A stretch of 64,000 bases of DNA, taken from contig NC_058368.1 of assembly GCF_018350175.1 (NCBI RefSeq), positions 96,226,001 to 96,290,000 on the forward strand, written 5' to 3'. Below, piece by piece: positions 37,431 to 50,889 of the stretch; the stretch's first letter is position 1, and every line of letters begins with the position of its first letter. Position numbers and translations under genes: made by a program. This DNA is from Felis catus (Eukaryota). The notes beneath the pieces were generated by a model that worked only from the letters and a program-made list of their open reading frames with translations, did no database searches and was not told where the DNA came from.

Positions 37431-37602
37431 GCATGAGTGGGGGAGGGGCAGAGAGAGAGAGAAGGAGACACAGAATCTGAAGCAGGTTCCAGGCTCAGAG
37501 CTGTCAGCACAGAGCCCGATGTGGGGCTCGAACTCATGAACTGTGAGGTCCTGACCTGAGCTGAAGTCAGATGCTTAACCGACTGAGCCACCCAGGGGCC
37601 CC
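37362..37602 (-). mobile_element. Can-SINE
   Basis: TSD tgcttacatattttta / tgcttgcatattttta. Confidence 0.92.
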
Positions 37603-37710
37603 ATGCTTGCATATTTTTAAAATGAATCGGTGGTCACAATTTATAAATCATGAGATTGTCCCCCCCAGATTTCTGGATTTTGAGGCTTCTCTTAAATAAT
37701 TGGAGAATCT

Positions 37711-38145
37711 GGGGGTGCCTGGGTGGCTCATTCATTTGAGCACTCAGCTTCAGCTCAGATCATGATTTGCTGGTTCATGGGTTTGAGCCCTATGTTGGGC
37801 TCTGTGCTGACAACTCCAAGCCTGAAACCTGCTTTGGATTCTGTGTCTCCCTCTCTCTCTCTCTCTGCCCCTCCTCTGCTCATGCTTTCTCTCTCTCTCT
37901 CAAAAATAAATATTAAAAAATTTTAAAAATAGGGTCACCTGGGTGGCTCAGTTGGTTGAGCGTCCCACTTCAGCTCAGGTCATGATCTTACAGTCCGTGA
38001 GTTCAAGCCCCACATCAGGTTCTGTGCTGACAGCTCAGAGCCTGGAGCTTGCTTCGGATTCTGTGTCTCCCTCTCTCTCTGCCCCTCCCCTGCTCATGCT
38101 CTGTCTCTCTCTGTCTCAAAAATAAATAAAGACATTAAAAAGAAA
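37711..38145 (+). mobile_element. Head-to-tail Can-SINE pair
   Basis: Second head at about 37932, inserted in the first element's A tail. Confidence 0.9.
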
Positions 38146-38430
38146 TTAAAACCATAAAAATTGGAAATGTGGGCAGCAATTTGTTGGAAGCAAGCTTGCA
38201 GTTTCTTAAGGTACATCTCCATTCTCCGGGCTTCCTAAAAGCTACCTTCACCATTTGGGTTAACTGCCTGGCTTCAGTGGATAGTTGGACTGGTGAATTC
38301 TGTTTGTAAAGACTGATGGTAATTCTCATCGACAGCTATAATTATTCAGTGAAAAATGTGTACCTGTGGAGGCTAGTCGTGGTGTTTCTGTGAAAAATTG
38401 TTTCTGGCTTTTGAGTCAGACATCATGGAT

Positions 38431-39146
38431 TGTGTATCAGGCAGGATGACTTGGGATGTGGCTCAAATGGCTTCCGCAAAGTTAAATGAATTTCTCCTCA
38501 AAGTAAGAAGGCCTGAGCTGAAGCAGCTCTGAGGTTGGTCAGTTTAGGAGCACAGAGATGCCCTCAGGGATCTAGAAATTTTCTAACTGCTCTGCCATCA
38601 TCAGAGAATTGGTCTTAGTCTCATGCTGGCTCTCCTCAAGGACACAAAATGGCTGACACAGAAGTTGTCACATGCAAAGATGGTACACAGCAGAAAAAGA
38701 GGGCAACTCTCTTTTTTTGAGTCTCTTTTTAAGAGGGGGGAAAAAAACAGACACCTGGGTGGCTCAGTCAGTTATGCTTCTGATTTTGGCGCATGTCATG
38801 ATTTCACGGTTCAGGAGTTCAAGTCCCACATTGGGTTCTATGCTGACAGCTCAGACCCTGGATCCTGCTTTGGATTCTTTGTGTGTGTCTCTCTCTTTGT
38901 GCCTCCTCTGCTTATACTCTGTCTCTTTCTCTCTCAAAAATAAATAAACATTAAAAAACAAAAATGAATATCCACACAGGGGGGTGCCTGGGGAGCTGAG
39001 TTTGTTAAGCTTCTGTCTTTTGATTTTGGCTAATGTCCTCATCTCACAGTTTGTGCGTTCAAGTCCCATGGCGGGTTCTGTGCTGACAGCTCAGAGCCTG
39101 AAGCCTGCTTTGAATTCTGTGTCTTCCTCTCTCTGTTCCTCCCCTA

Positions 39147-39194
<48 letters not shown>

Positions 39195-39690
39195 AATAAA
39201 TAAATATTAGAAACTTTTTTTTCTTTGGTTAAAGAGCAAAAAACAATAAAACAACTTTCCAGAATCCCTCACTAGCATATCTTCCTTAATATAACTTTGG
39301 TCAGAACTGTGCCCTAGGGCCCCTAGGTGGCTCAGTTGATTAAGCGTCAAACTTCAGCTCAGGTTCTCATGGTCCATGAGTTCGAGGGATCTCTGCTGTC
39401 AGCACAGAGCCTGCTTTAGATCCTCTGTCCCCCTCTCCCTCTCCCCACCTCTCTCTCTCTCAGAATAAATATATAAATACGTAAATGTAGGCATAGAGCA
39501 TGGTAGAGTACCTGTGATAAGTTTAGAAGATTCAGCTTCTAAGCTGACAGAATATTCCCTGCCCTTACCACAAGGTGGGTCACATTGGGGGAAAATGCCC
39601 CCAGAGTAAACCTTGGATCTATCACAGGAAAGAAATGGTGGGAAGGGGAAACTGATTTTATGTACATAATGACCAATATCTGCTACAAAT
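38431..39690 (-). mobile_element. Old MaLR (MLT1-type) LTR interrupted by three plus-strand Can-SINEs (about 38750-38965, 38979-39210, 39317-39475)
   Basis: ctgctctgccatcatcag, caaaatggctgac, ctttccagaatccctcac and the ...atctgctaca terminus resemble MLT1; the SINE heads are clear. Confidence 0.65.
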
Positions 39691-40123
39691 TAAAAGGCAT
39701 TCTCTAGCTTTGTAAGAACCTTGGGCATCTTTAAACTTTCCCAACGTCAAGTTCTTTGTCTGTAAATTAGGAATAGCAGTGCCCTTTTCATGGGTTTAAT
39801 AGAAACCTGAAACGTTGTAGCATGTGATAGTGTAGTTATTTAATATACGTTTGCTTTTTTTGAAGTGCGGATATGTTTCTGAAAATGGAAAATAGCAAAA
39901 GGTAAATTGTAAGGGTTGTAGAAACTTGAGTGAAACTGGTTGAAGCCTTTTGAAAACTTTTGCAAAATGCTGTTTCAAGTGCAGGTTTACTTTTACCATA
40001 AGATGTATTTTCACTTCTACTCCATTAATGGATGAGAAGAGCCACTCACAACTTGAAAGTAGACAGTTGTGTTTATGAGGTTTAAATATTTGTCTACCAT
40101 TATTTTTTGTGAAAGAGAAAAGT

Positions 40124-40335
40124 GGGGGCGCCTGAGTAGCTCAGTCAGTCGGTTAAGTGTCTAATTTCGGCTCAGGTCACGATATTACAGTTCATGAGTT
40201 CGAGCCCCATGCCGGGCTCTGTGCTGACAGGTCTGAGCCTGGAGCCTGCTTCGGATTCTGTGTCTCCCTTTGTCTCTGCCCGTCCCCCACTGGCACTCTG
40301 TCTTTCTCTCTCAAAGATAAGTAAACATTAAACAA
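40124..40335 (+). mobile_element. Can-SINE
   Basis: ggggcgcctgagtagctcagtc head. Confidence 0.9.
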
Positions 40336-41644
40336 TATTTAATTAGAAAACCAAGAAAGAAAAGCGAATGTGTTACCCTAGAGACAGAGCTGAACTTTGG
40401 CACAGTTCGGTATGGACTCCTTCTCCCTCCGCCCTGTCATTTGGATACAGGAGACTATTTGGTTGTTTGATGTTCTACCAGAAGGGATGCTCTGTGGCAA
40501 GACACTGTATAAAGCAGGTGCTACAGCATGCTCTACTGGGCGGGATGACAAGTGATGGCTTCCCCAGAGTCAGAGCACAAGACAGATTCAGTGAATCTTG
40601 CCCTATGATGGAGAATCCACACACCAGGCCTGCAGATTAAACTGCTGAAGTGAGAGTATTTGCATTCGTACTCCCAAGAGAGCTTTCATCAAGTGGCAGG
40701 AGAGAGGGGGAGCTCTGAAGTCTGCATATAACACAGTCACCACCTGATGATCCCTATCAAGAGGACTACAAAATCAAATTAAGACCTCGGAAAACAACAG
40801 ATGTAGGAATCTTGCAAATCCCTGTGGTTGCAAGGATGTTACTAGTTCCTAGGGGGGAAAATAAAATAAAAAAGGACAGGAACCTTGCAAGGTGATCCAA
40901 ATAGCAACCAGGCATTCCAGAGGGTTCTGAGCATTCTTTGCTTTTATGTGTTGGCGGAATTCAGCTCCTTGGAGATCATCTATCAAAGGGTATCGCTTGC
41001 TGACATTTTTGGTCACTTGTGGCCTCCGTGATGACAATGTACTCATGTTTGGCCTTGAAAACAGAATGAAACCACCCACAAAGGCTTCAGCCTCTAGTTA
41101 ATCAAGCGTGTTTCAACATAGTTTTAAAAAAGAAAAGGAAGAGATTGCCTTAGTAAGAAGACTGTAATTCTAATCCTAGTTTCCTCTGCAGGTATCAATG
41201 CCTCAGGACTGTAAGCAAAGTCTTCTAATTTCTACACCTCACTGCCTCCAACTGCACGATGATGATAATAAAATCTACACTTCCTATATTATTCCTGTTC
41301 TGATTCAGTGCCAAATAGGCTTTCAATAGGAATATTCCAAAATTATTATGGAGCAGGTATTGCCCAGAATGGTCAAGCCATGTACATTCATCATAAGAAA
41401 ATAATATTCACATTCTTATTCCTTGGGGGAGAGGGACTGAAGCGTTTGACAGTAAGTTGCAGAGGTCATCGTGACCCTGTGCCCTTAAATATTTCTCTCA
41501 CTTAGCCACTGAGCAAATGTAAGAAATTTAACACTGATATATTATCATTATGTAATACAGTGCACATTCAAATTTCACTGATGGTACTCACAGTGCTTTT
41601 TCTCTCCTTTAATATATGCCAGCCTCTCTGCCCCCTCCCCCTGC

Positions 41645-41676
<32 letters not shown>

Positions 41677-41736
41677 ATTTATTTATTTATTTTTTTTGCC
41701 TTTCATGACCTGACCTTGGCCTTTGAAAGAGAACAG

Positions 41737-41962
41737 GTGGCGCACCTGTGTGGTTCAGTGGGTTGAGTGTCTGATTTCTTGATTTTGGCTTAGGTCGTGA
41801 TGTCATGGTTCATGGGTTTGAGTCCCACATCTGGCTGCGTGCTGACAGGGCATAGCCTGCTTGGGATTCTCTGTCTCTCCCTCTCTCTCCCTCTCTCACT
41901 TTCTCTCTCTGCCCCTCCTCTGCTCTCTCTCTCTCAAAATAAAGAAATAAACATTAAAAAAC
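41737..41962 (+). mobile_element. Can-SINE
   Basis: SINE body, (CT)n, A tail. Confidence 0.88.
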
Positions 41963-42429
41963 ATCACAGGCCCAGTGGTTGGTAGCATATTCCCCACTTT
42001 GGGTTTTTCTCTTTTTTTTCCATTATTCAATTCAGCTTACACCGTTGGTTGTCAGAAAGATTTCATACGTGATACAGCATCTTTCTCAAAGCAACCTGTT
42101 GGGAGGCACTGGGTGTCCATTTGTTCCATTCATGGTTCTATTAACTTGATCCCTTAGGTAAGGGAGTTTCGGCCAGATTTCCTTCCTTTTAAAGACATCC
42201 CTTTATAATGAGTTAGTCATCTGTTGCAAGATACTTTAAAACTATGTAAATATTTTATTTGTCAACAAACTTGAACCTTTGGTTTTCAGCATCCAGCCAT
42301 GACAATTGTCCATATAAATTTTTCCTGTGTTTTTGTGCACATTTGGTGGTTTTCTGTCATTTGGGAAAATTAATTCATTTATCAGGACTCACAAAACGGA
42401 AGCGGTCTGGGTGGCCTGGAGCACATCCC

Positions 42430-43011
42430 AAATCTGAATGTAAGCCAGCCAGCATATATGGGAAACACCTGCCAAGGAATTAGAACACAAACCAATCAGG
42501 GACGCCTGGGTGGCTCAGTTGGTTAAGCATCCAAATTTGGCTCAGGTCATGATCTCACAGTTCATGAGTCTGAGCCCCGCATCAGGCTCTGTGTTGACAG
42601 CTCAGAGCCTGGAGCCTGTTTCGGATTCTGTGTCTCCCTCTCTCTCTGCTCCTCCCCCCGCTTGTTCTCTCTCTCTCTCTCTCTCTCTCAAAAATAAATA
42701 AACATTAAAAAAAAAAAACTTAAAAAAAAAAAAAAGGAGGACATAAGCCAATCAGAATCCCTCATCTCAGCTTTAGCTGGCTTACCTTACTGTGGCAGAT
42801 AGGATCTGCTGGCCTTAAGGAGATCCCTGTTCTCCTGGCCAAGCAGGCTGTGTTTCCCAGTGGCCTATCCTAACTCTCTGTGAAACCAGATCCCTCAGGA
42901 AGAGTGCTCCATGCTTGTGAGGTGTTGTGCTCCCCCAACCCATGGATTGGTTCCCTGTGAATGAAGGACATTAAACTCGTTATTCAATTGTATTATTTTT
43001 GTCATTTGACA
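42430..43011 (+). mobile_element. Probable ERV LTR with an inserted Can-SINE (about 42498-42735)
   Basis: CCAAT box, attaaa poly(A) signal and ...tttgaca end; SINE TSD agaacacaaaccaatca / aggacataagccaatca. Confidence 0.55.
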
Positions 43012-43388
43012 TGTTCCTTCTGCCTTCATCATGTATTTGTTACTTGGTTATCGGTAGCAGTGTATTTTTCCAACATGGTAACAGTTAAGGGCCATTGTTC
43101 ATTTTTGGTGCTTAAGTTGTTCTAGATTTGGTAAGTGGAAGCCCCATCAAATTGGTTCCTATGTTATTTTGTTCCTCTCTCTCTATCTCTCTCTCTCTCT
43201 CTTTTTTTTTTTTTTTTTTTTTGTACTCTCCAGAATAATGAGATTCAGGCTCCTCTCATGCTTTCCCTGAACCAGCCTGGGCTCTCCTAAGAGTGCTGGT
43301 TCCATTTGGCAAAGAAGTGTATTTGGAAACAAATCTCTGGGACCTAGGGGTACACATACCTAATGGGAAAAAAAGACTATCAATTTTT

Positions 43389-43796
43389 ATTTAAAATAAA
43401 AAATTTTAGGGGCGCCTGGGTGGCTCAGTCGGTTAAGCGTCCGACTTCGGCTCAGATCATGATCTCGCGGTCCGTGAGTTCGAGCCCCGCATTGGGCTCT
43501 GTGCTGACAGCTCTGAGCCTGGAGCCTGTTTCAGATTCTGTGTCTCCCTCTCTCTCTCTGCCCCTCCCCTGTTCATGCTCTGCCTCTCTCTGTCTCAAAA
43601 ATAAATAAATGTTAAAAAAATTTAAGACAAATAAATAAAAATAAATAAAAATAAAATAAAAAATTTTAGGAGCACCTGGGTGGCTCAGTGGGTTGAGTTT
43701 CTGACTCATAACTTTGGCTCAGGTCATAATCTCATGGTTTGTGAGTTCAAGGCCCACACTGGGATCTGTGCTGGCAGTGTGGAGCCTGCCTGGCAT

Positions 43797-43858
<62 letters not shown>

Positions 43859-43964
43859 TGTCTCTCTGACCCTCTTCTGCTTGCTCTCAATCTGTCTCTC
43901 AAAGTAAATAAAAATAAACTTTAAAAAAAATTTTAGTTTTTTTAAAGTTTTATTTATTTATTTT

Positions 43965-44001
<37 letters not shown>

Positions 44002-44132
44002 CAAGCATGAGCCAAGCATGAGTAGGGGGGAGGCAGAGAGAAAGGGAGAGAGAGCATCTCAAGTGCATTCTGCATGACCTGAGCCAAAACCAAGAGTCAG
44101 ACGCTCAACTGACTGTGCCACCCAGGCGCCCC
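43389..44132. mobile_element. Three Can-SINEs: + (43389-43660), + (43668-43930), - (43935-44132)
   Basis: First is near-consensus with TSD aaaataaaaaattttag; last two are tail-to-tail. Confidence 0.92.
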
Positions 44133-44647
44133 ATATTTAAAAATGTTTAAGCAAAGTAAAAGTAAAAACTAGTACCTCATGGATTTGTCAGGAGGAAGAT
44201 AAAATGGGAGTTAAGTTCTACAGTTGGTGGACATGTAAACCAATCTGTCAGTATGTAGTTAGGTTTAAGACATTCACACCTGATTCACCAGCAATTTAGT
44301 TTTGAGGCATTCACCCTGGGGGTGCTCTCCCATCAGTGCAAAAGGAGGCATTTTTAGGAAAGTTCACTCGGCGTGACTGATTATAGCCAAAATAGGGGAT
44401 GTGATAAAGAAACTCTGGTATATTTACCAGATGGAAACCTTTTTCGCAGGTGGAATTCATGGATTAGAAATACATGTCTTAATATGCAATTCAAACATAA
44501 AGTGTAAAAAAGGAAGAAATAAAACGTTATACCAAAGAGATCTACAGTATAATATTGTAATTTGTTTAAAACAGACACCAGTGCTGCTTAGGGATTACGC
44601 GCCTATACTTCCATTATAAAAACATAAATTAGAATGACAAGGCTTCT

Positions 44648-44865
44648 GGGGTGCCTGGGTGGCTCAGTTGGTTAAGCTTAGGACTTCAGCTCAGGTCACG
44701 ATCTCACGGTTCATGGGTTCGGGCCCCGTGTCGGGCTCTGTGCTGACAGCTCTGAGCCTGGGGCCTGCTTCAGATTCTGTGTCTCCCTCTCTCTCTGCCC
44801 CTCCCCTGCTCATGCTCTGTCTCTCTGTGTCTCAAAAAATTAAAAAAATAAAAAAAAATAAAAAA
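44648..44865 (+). mobile_element. Can-SINE within an old L1M fragment (about 44200-45000)
   Basis: TSD agaatgacaaggct / agaatggcaaggct. Confidence 0.9.
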
Positions 44866-46199
44866 GAATGGCAAGGCTGCCTTCATGTTAACAGTTGCTT
44901 TCGGAGAAAGAAAAGTGGAAGCAATTAGGTAGAGCTTCACCTCTATGCCTTAAGTTTTATTTCTTTGTGATTAAAAACAGAAATAGGTAATTTTATAGCT
45001 TTTCAAATGTTTTATAAAAATTTATGTAATTGTATATTATCATATGGGATTTTATCAAGCAATATGGACATTTAGCCCAATGCTTGTGAAGAAAATAGAA
45101 CAATGATTCAGGAGAACCAGAAATCCAGAAACCGAGGAACGTTAGCTGTGTTCAGCCCAAGTGTTTTCTTCTTTTTTGGAGAAGGTGGACCTTTTTCCCC
45201 CTGTTTTTCAGTGGGGTACGAAAAGGTGGAATCCTCACGGTATCTTCCTGTGAGGGAAAAGGGCATTTGTAACGTGTTGTTCAATCATTCTGAGCTGCTG
45301 TGGAAGTAAATTGTAACATTGCCACGAAATGCAGGGTGCGTTTTACATCCTTGACTAGGACACATTTTGAAAATTGAACATTCTGGAGAAGGAAGGTCAT
45401 TTCAACTGAATCCAGTGTTCGAAGATATCAGAGGAGGCAGAATTAGGAACTGGTTGTCTGAGGGGAAATTAGCATCACAGAAAGAGAATCAAATCTGGCA
45501 GATCTAACGCAGAGGCTAAGGAAGTACCTATCAGTAGGAATGGCCGAGAAAGAAGAAGGTATTCAGTCAGCAACAGGCCAGTTACTTTCATAGGCCACAA
45601 TTATGAGATAATAAGACAATTTTCTTTCCCCCCCACACAAAAGAGATACACGTGAGAGAGGAAAAGGGAGATTTGTCTTAAACTAGGGTGTGCGTGGATG
45701 GGCACAGTAAGAAGCCAGCAAAATTCAGAATGGTGCAAGGCTTTGGGGTATATGAAATAACGTGAACAGATTTCATTAAATCATGCCTAAGCCCTAGATT
45801 CTAACCCCAGTTCCAATTATTTGATGACCTTTAGTAAGACACTTGACTTCTCTGAACCTCAGCTTTGTCATCTGTAAATAAGGAGGATATACTCAATTAT
45901 CTAATTACTTTCCTACTTTAGCATTTATGATTCTGTGACATTCAAATCATTGAGTCCCATAGATACCATATTTATCAAGTATCTGCAAATGTGCAACGTA
46001 TTCTTCCTGGGGGCTTTAAGTATGGCATCTCGTATCATCAAGTAGGTTTTACCAGATTTTTGCAGAGTACCCAAAAGTTTATCAAGGTTTAGTAGCTTGC
46101 TCAAGCAAGTTGGTGAGCTAGCTGGTGAGGAATGTAGAATCGACCTGGAATGTGCAGTGTTCTTGTCTGAAATATTTTGCCACATAGCGAAGCACCTGG

Positions 46200-46223
46200 G
46201 TAAGCAATGTGTACGTGTGTGTG

Positions 46224-46258
<35 letters not shown>

Positions 46259-46294
46259 GTGTGTGTGTATATATATATATATATACACACACAC

Positions 46295-46337
<43 letters not shown>

Positions 46338-46555
46338 TACATTGCTTACATATGTAATCACACATATATACACATACACACATTGCTTACATACATTGTA
46401 CATGTGTATGTACATATATACATATATATGTATATGTATACATATGTATATATATGTATATACATATGTATATATATGTATACGTGTATATATATGTATA
46501 TACATATGTATATATATGTATATGTATATATGCACATACATACATGCACACACAC
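46200..46555. repeat. Compound (TG/CA/TA)n microsatellite with inverted symmetry
   Basis: Alternating purine-pyrimidine tract of about 350 bp. Confidence 0.95.
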
Positions 46556-48325
46556 CAGTATTTCTCTGGTCGAGTAGCGAAGGAAAATCATGAAGGATAC
46601 AACAGGGAGATGTATAGACCTATAGAGTGAGAGATTTCAAATAACCCAAAAGCAGAAAAACAAAAGGCACTGGAGAGCTTATAGGACAGGAAAGAAGAAA
46701 CTTGAAGCCTAAAAAGAACTCAACAAGAAAGAAAAACAGCCCAAAATATGTGCTACTTAGAACACAATTCCAAAATTCTGGCACGATCCAGTGTCCCCCA
46801 AATACTGAATGAGTACATCAACTTCTTTGAAAATGACATTTCCCCAAGGCAGCTCATTGTCCTCTTTCTTGCACTATTCCATTTTCTCTGGTTCAGTAAG
46901 TAAACATTTCTGTAGCTCCCCACCTAAGTCTCACTTTTGTTACCAATGAAGTCAGGGTAGGGGGTGGGATCAACAAAGAAAAGAAGAAAAAGACAATGAC
47001 AAAACAGCTTTTAGAGAAGAGAAATACATTCAATTATTAACTCACCTCCTCCTTTTCCCACTGGAACAATCTCCCATGGTGATGTTTGCTGAATTTATCA
47101 CCATGATATTTCAGAATTAACCCTCCTTACCACCCACCTACTTTAATGATATTTAGTAAATACTATGAAAACGAGAAATGGCCTTCATTTCCCTTTTCTC
47201 TTGCTTATTTTACTTTCTAGTTTGTGGGGGGAAATATTCAGATTAATCTTTAGAAAGGATGGATAAGATTGATAATATTATTTCCTAAATTTAGATTCCT
47301 GAGAAGTATCCCCCCCCACACCTTTATTTAAAAATGAAAAAAATAAATGAGGTTTTTTTTTTCTTTGATTTAGGGAAAAAGCACCTTAGTTTCAACTATC
47401 TTACTATTTTAAGTCAAAGGTGATTTAGATTTGAACTAAGGGTAAATATTTTTCTTTATTCAAAAAGCCTGATTTAGATACTCACTCTACAAGACTCAGA
47501 TGGCCATGTTTAAATTATTAGAGGCCTTGGTGAGCCCGCTGTTTTCTGTTTCTGGATCATTTACATTTGTCTGTTTATTTGTTTGATGGTTTTCATATTC
47601 TAGCTACTGGGTTCAAGTACCACATCACAGTTCTAAATTATATTTCAATCCATGCTTCATATAAATGGCCCGGTGGAAGGATTGCAATAAAAGTGTACTT
47701 TGTAATCCTGAGTCTACTCAGGCCATTACAGAAAGCACAATGTCAGCACTTTCACTTCCATTATACACCCTATTTGTTCAGAAATTACATACACAGCCAT
47801 AAAAATTTGCTTGGCTGCGAGGTATTACCTCAGCCCACGAATAAACAATTAGATAAAAACCATAAAATGGCTAAGACAATTGATTAAGAGTAAAGTTTGG
47901 GCCAACTATGTATGTGACCTGGGTTCAATGTCACTTAGACACTCTTTCTTCCATACCAAGAAAAGAGCCATGAGACAAGGGATTCCTAGGCTGGAGGAAA
48001 ATCCTGAGGCGGGTTCTTCATGGGGTAGAGTTGAGAATTTCTTTGCCTTATTTGGGAAAGAAAAGGAATTACGGTGAGAATAAAATTTCTGCCTTGATGA
48101 TATTATGGTGTATCAGGAGAGCTTTGGACCAAAGATCAGGAAAATAGTCATGAAAACTTCTCCACAAAGAAGAAGTTCCATCTTATAAATCATGGGGTGA
48201 AAGAATTCTAGAGAACAGACATCAATCAGTCTTTTTTTTCTTTCTCATCAATATTCTTTTATAGTTAGGAGAATATTAAGTACGAATCTAGGTACTACTC
48301 ACATGGATTTCTCAACCATCTGGTC

Positions 48326-48692
48326 GTATTTTAGCCAGATTTGGTTCCAACAACAAAATATTATAGACTGTGTAGCTTACTCAGTAGCCATTTATTTCTC
48401 ACAGTTCTGGAGGGGAGAAGTCTGAGATGAGGGTGGTAGCATAGCATGGGCTCTTTTTCTGGCTTGCAGATGACCTCCTTCTCACCGTGACCTCACATGG
48501 CAGAGGGAGGGAGAGTCTAATCTCACATCTTACTCTTGCAAGGCTACCAATCCCAGCTTGAGGACCTCATTCTCATCACCTCATCTCACCTAGTCGCCTA
48601 CTTTGGGAGGCCTCTCTTCTCAACACCATCATATTGGGCATTTGGATTTCAACATAGGAATTTGGGGGGATGCAAACATTCAGTCCCTAACA
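48326..48692 (-). mobile_element. MLT1A-type MaLR LTR
   Basis: atttatttctcacagttctggagg...ggatttcaacataggaatttggggggatgcaaacattcagtccctaaca. Confidence 0.88.
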
Positions 48693-48910
48693 CATGGTTA
48701 GGTTTTCTCTTTGGGCTTCTCTGTTTTAAAAGATCAAATAAAGATTTCAAAAGCCCACTGTCTCAGTGATCACTTACCTTGGATGAGACTTAGTTTGTCC
48801 CCATATGATTGACCCAAGATGACTGACAGGGATAACACCACTTGATCTGTTTGATCTGTTTAATTTCTCATTTGCATCACTGAAGGGGGATTCTCTACTA
48901 TATTCTCTGG

Positions 48911-48941
48911 AAAAAAAAGACAGACAGACAGACAGACAGAC

Positions 48942-48988
<47 letters not shown>

Positions 48989-49138
48989 AAAGGAAGGGAG
49001 GGACGGAGGGAGGGAGGGAGGAAGGAAGGAAGGAAGGAAGGAAGGAAGGAAGGAAAGAGAAGGAAGGAAGGAAGGAAGGAAAGAGAAGGAAGGAAGGAAG
49101 GAAGGAAGGAAGAAAGAAAGGAAGAAAGAAAGGAAAAG
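48911..49138 (+). repeat. Compound (GACA)n(GAAA)n(GGAA)n purine-rich tetranucleotide repeat
   Basis: Directly visible. Confidence 0.97.
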
Positions 49139-49229
49139 ATGTTTTAAAGTATAAAATGTGGGGAAAAAAAAGAACCCTCATGATATTATATAAACACTAT
49201 GGAATGTTCCATGCTTTGTTATATTCTAA

Positions 49230-49440
49230 AAGCCCTACTGTCTGGATTTTAATTTCTGTTCTGCAACTTAGTAGGTATGTGAGTCTGAGTAAGCCACTTA
49301 ACCTCTCTGTTCTTCAGCTCCCTCATCTTTTATATGAAGATAAAAATAGTATCCAGCTCACAGGTTGTTATGAGTATTGTATCAGTTGATAAATGGTAAA
49401 TATCTAGACTAATGCTTGACACCCAGGAACAAATAAATGA
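49230..49440 (+). mobile_element. MIR
   Basis: gtaagccacttaacctctctgttcttcagctccctcatcttttatatgaagataaaaatagta...ctcacaggttgttatgag core. Confidence 0.8.
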
Positions 49441-49780
49441 TTCCTAGGTGGGGAAGGCAGTGGTGTAAGTTTTGCTGGACTATGTTTTCCTAGCAAGAAT
49501 TCTCCAAATCCATATACTCAGGGATAAAGAAAACTTCACAGTCGTTTTGACCAGAAAAGAAGTCCCCCTTCTATGGCCTTAAATGGTCCAAGTGTCAATG
49601 ACATAAAGGCAAAGCAAAATGAAAAGAGAAAAAAGACAATCCATGAATTCCTCAACTCTTAAGCTTCACTAGAGAATACAAAAATAGGATATCCATTCTT
49701 TTAACATTTCATAAGTTCATTGTCAAGTGTTAAATAATCAGTGGAGCTATTAAAATACTTACCTTAAGTATTACTTAATA

Positions 49781-49996
49781 GGGGCGCCTGGGTGGCTCCA
49801 TTGGTTAAACGCTTGACTTTGGCTCAGGTTAGGATCTCACCGTTACCTAGTTCAAGCCCTGTGTCGGGCTCTGTGCTGACAGCTTGGAGCCTGGAGCCTG
49901 TTTCAGATTCTGTGTCTCTTTCTCGGCCCCTCCCCTGGACTGTTTCTCTCATGCTCTTTCTCTCTCTCTCTGTCTCAAAATTAATTTTTTTTTAAA
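49781..49996 (+). mobile_element. Can-SINE
   Basis: 17-bp TSD ttaagtattacttaata. Confidence 0.93.
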
Positions 49997-50889
49997 TTAA
50001 GTATTACTTAATAGTTGTTTCTTTTTTTCCTTTAAAAAAGTGAACAAATGCAATAATTAATGTCATATTCAGTGCTTCTTTTTCCAGAAAACCATTTCAC
50101 AGAATTTATTCTCAAAGATAAAGTTATTTAACCAAAATCTAGTGAACTTTTACCATCGGGAAAAAAAACAGTTTAAAAAAAATGAAAGGTGGAATTTTTT
50201 CAGTCAAGTCTAGACTTACTTACAGACTGATTTTGGAAAAGCATTATTTGCTCAAAAGAAAATTAATATTTCCTTTGGCTTTTCTGAAATAGGCAACATT
50301 CCATTTTCTCACAGACAATTATGAATTTCATTAGAAGGGTTGATGAATCCAAAAGCAAATTGGTTTGGCTTATATAAGACTGTAAAGCTGCTTAAATTAA
50401 ATCAAATTAAAGTATTAGATCTAATGCCCTTAAAGACAGAAGCATTAAACTCATTTTGTTGGGAGAGAAATAGAGGTGTCTAATGCAAACTTCTCTTTCT
50501 GAACCTACACCTTTAAAGTGAAGGAAGGAGCAAGATCTTCTGTTATAAATTTCCCCCATTTGAAGTATTGAGTGCATAATCACATTGTATGTTGTGTTTT
50601 TTGTTGTTGTTGTTGAACGAGTCCATAAAACTTAAGTCCATTCATCAAATGGTGCTTCCATCACAACGTGAGAACATAACCTACAAAGTGCATTAAACCT
50701 GTAGAAGGAAATTACTAGTGTACAAATATTTCTCTGGTGCTCAAGGTGCGTGCTTCTTCCTGTCACTGGGAAGAAGTCCCCACCCCTGCTCCATTTCTAA
50801 CAGGCTGCAGTCAAATATGAAACTCATTAACTTGTATTGACAGAGGATGAAGAGTGCCAGTTATCCAGCCAAGTTCATGGCAGAATGAA

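Noticed and set aside
45925..46593. Cluster of 70-150-aa ORFs rich in Y/I/C/V/H/T
   Set aside because: Translation of a dinucleotide microsatellite.
5411..49995. Recurring peptide family MAQSVK.PTSAQVMIS...SVLTAQSLEPASDSVSPS
   Set aside because: Looks like a paralogous gene family but is simply the Can-SINE consensus translated.
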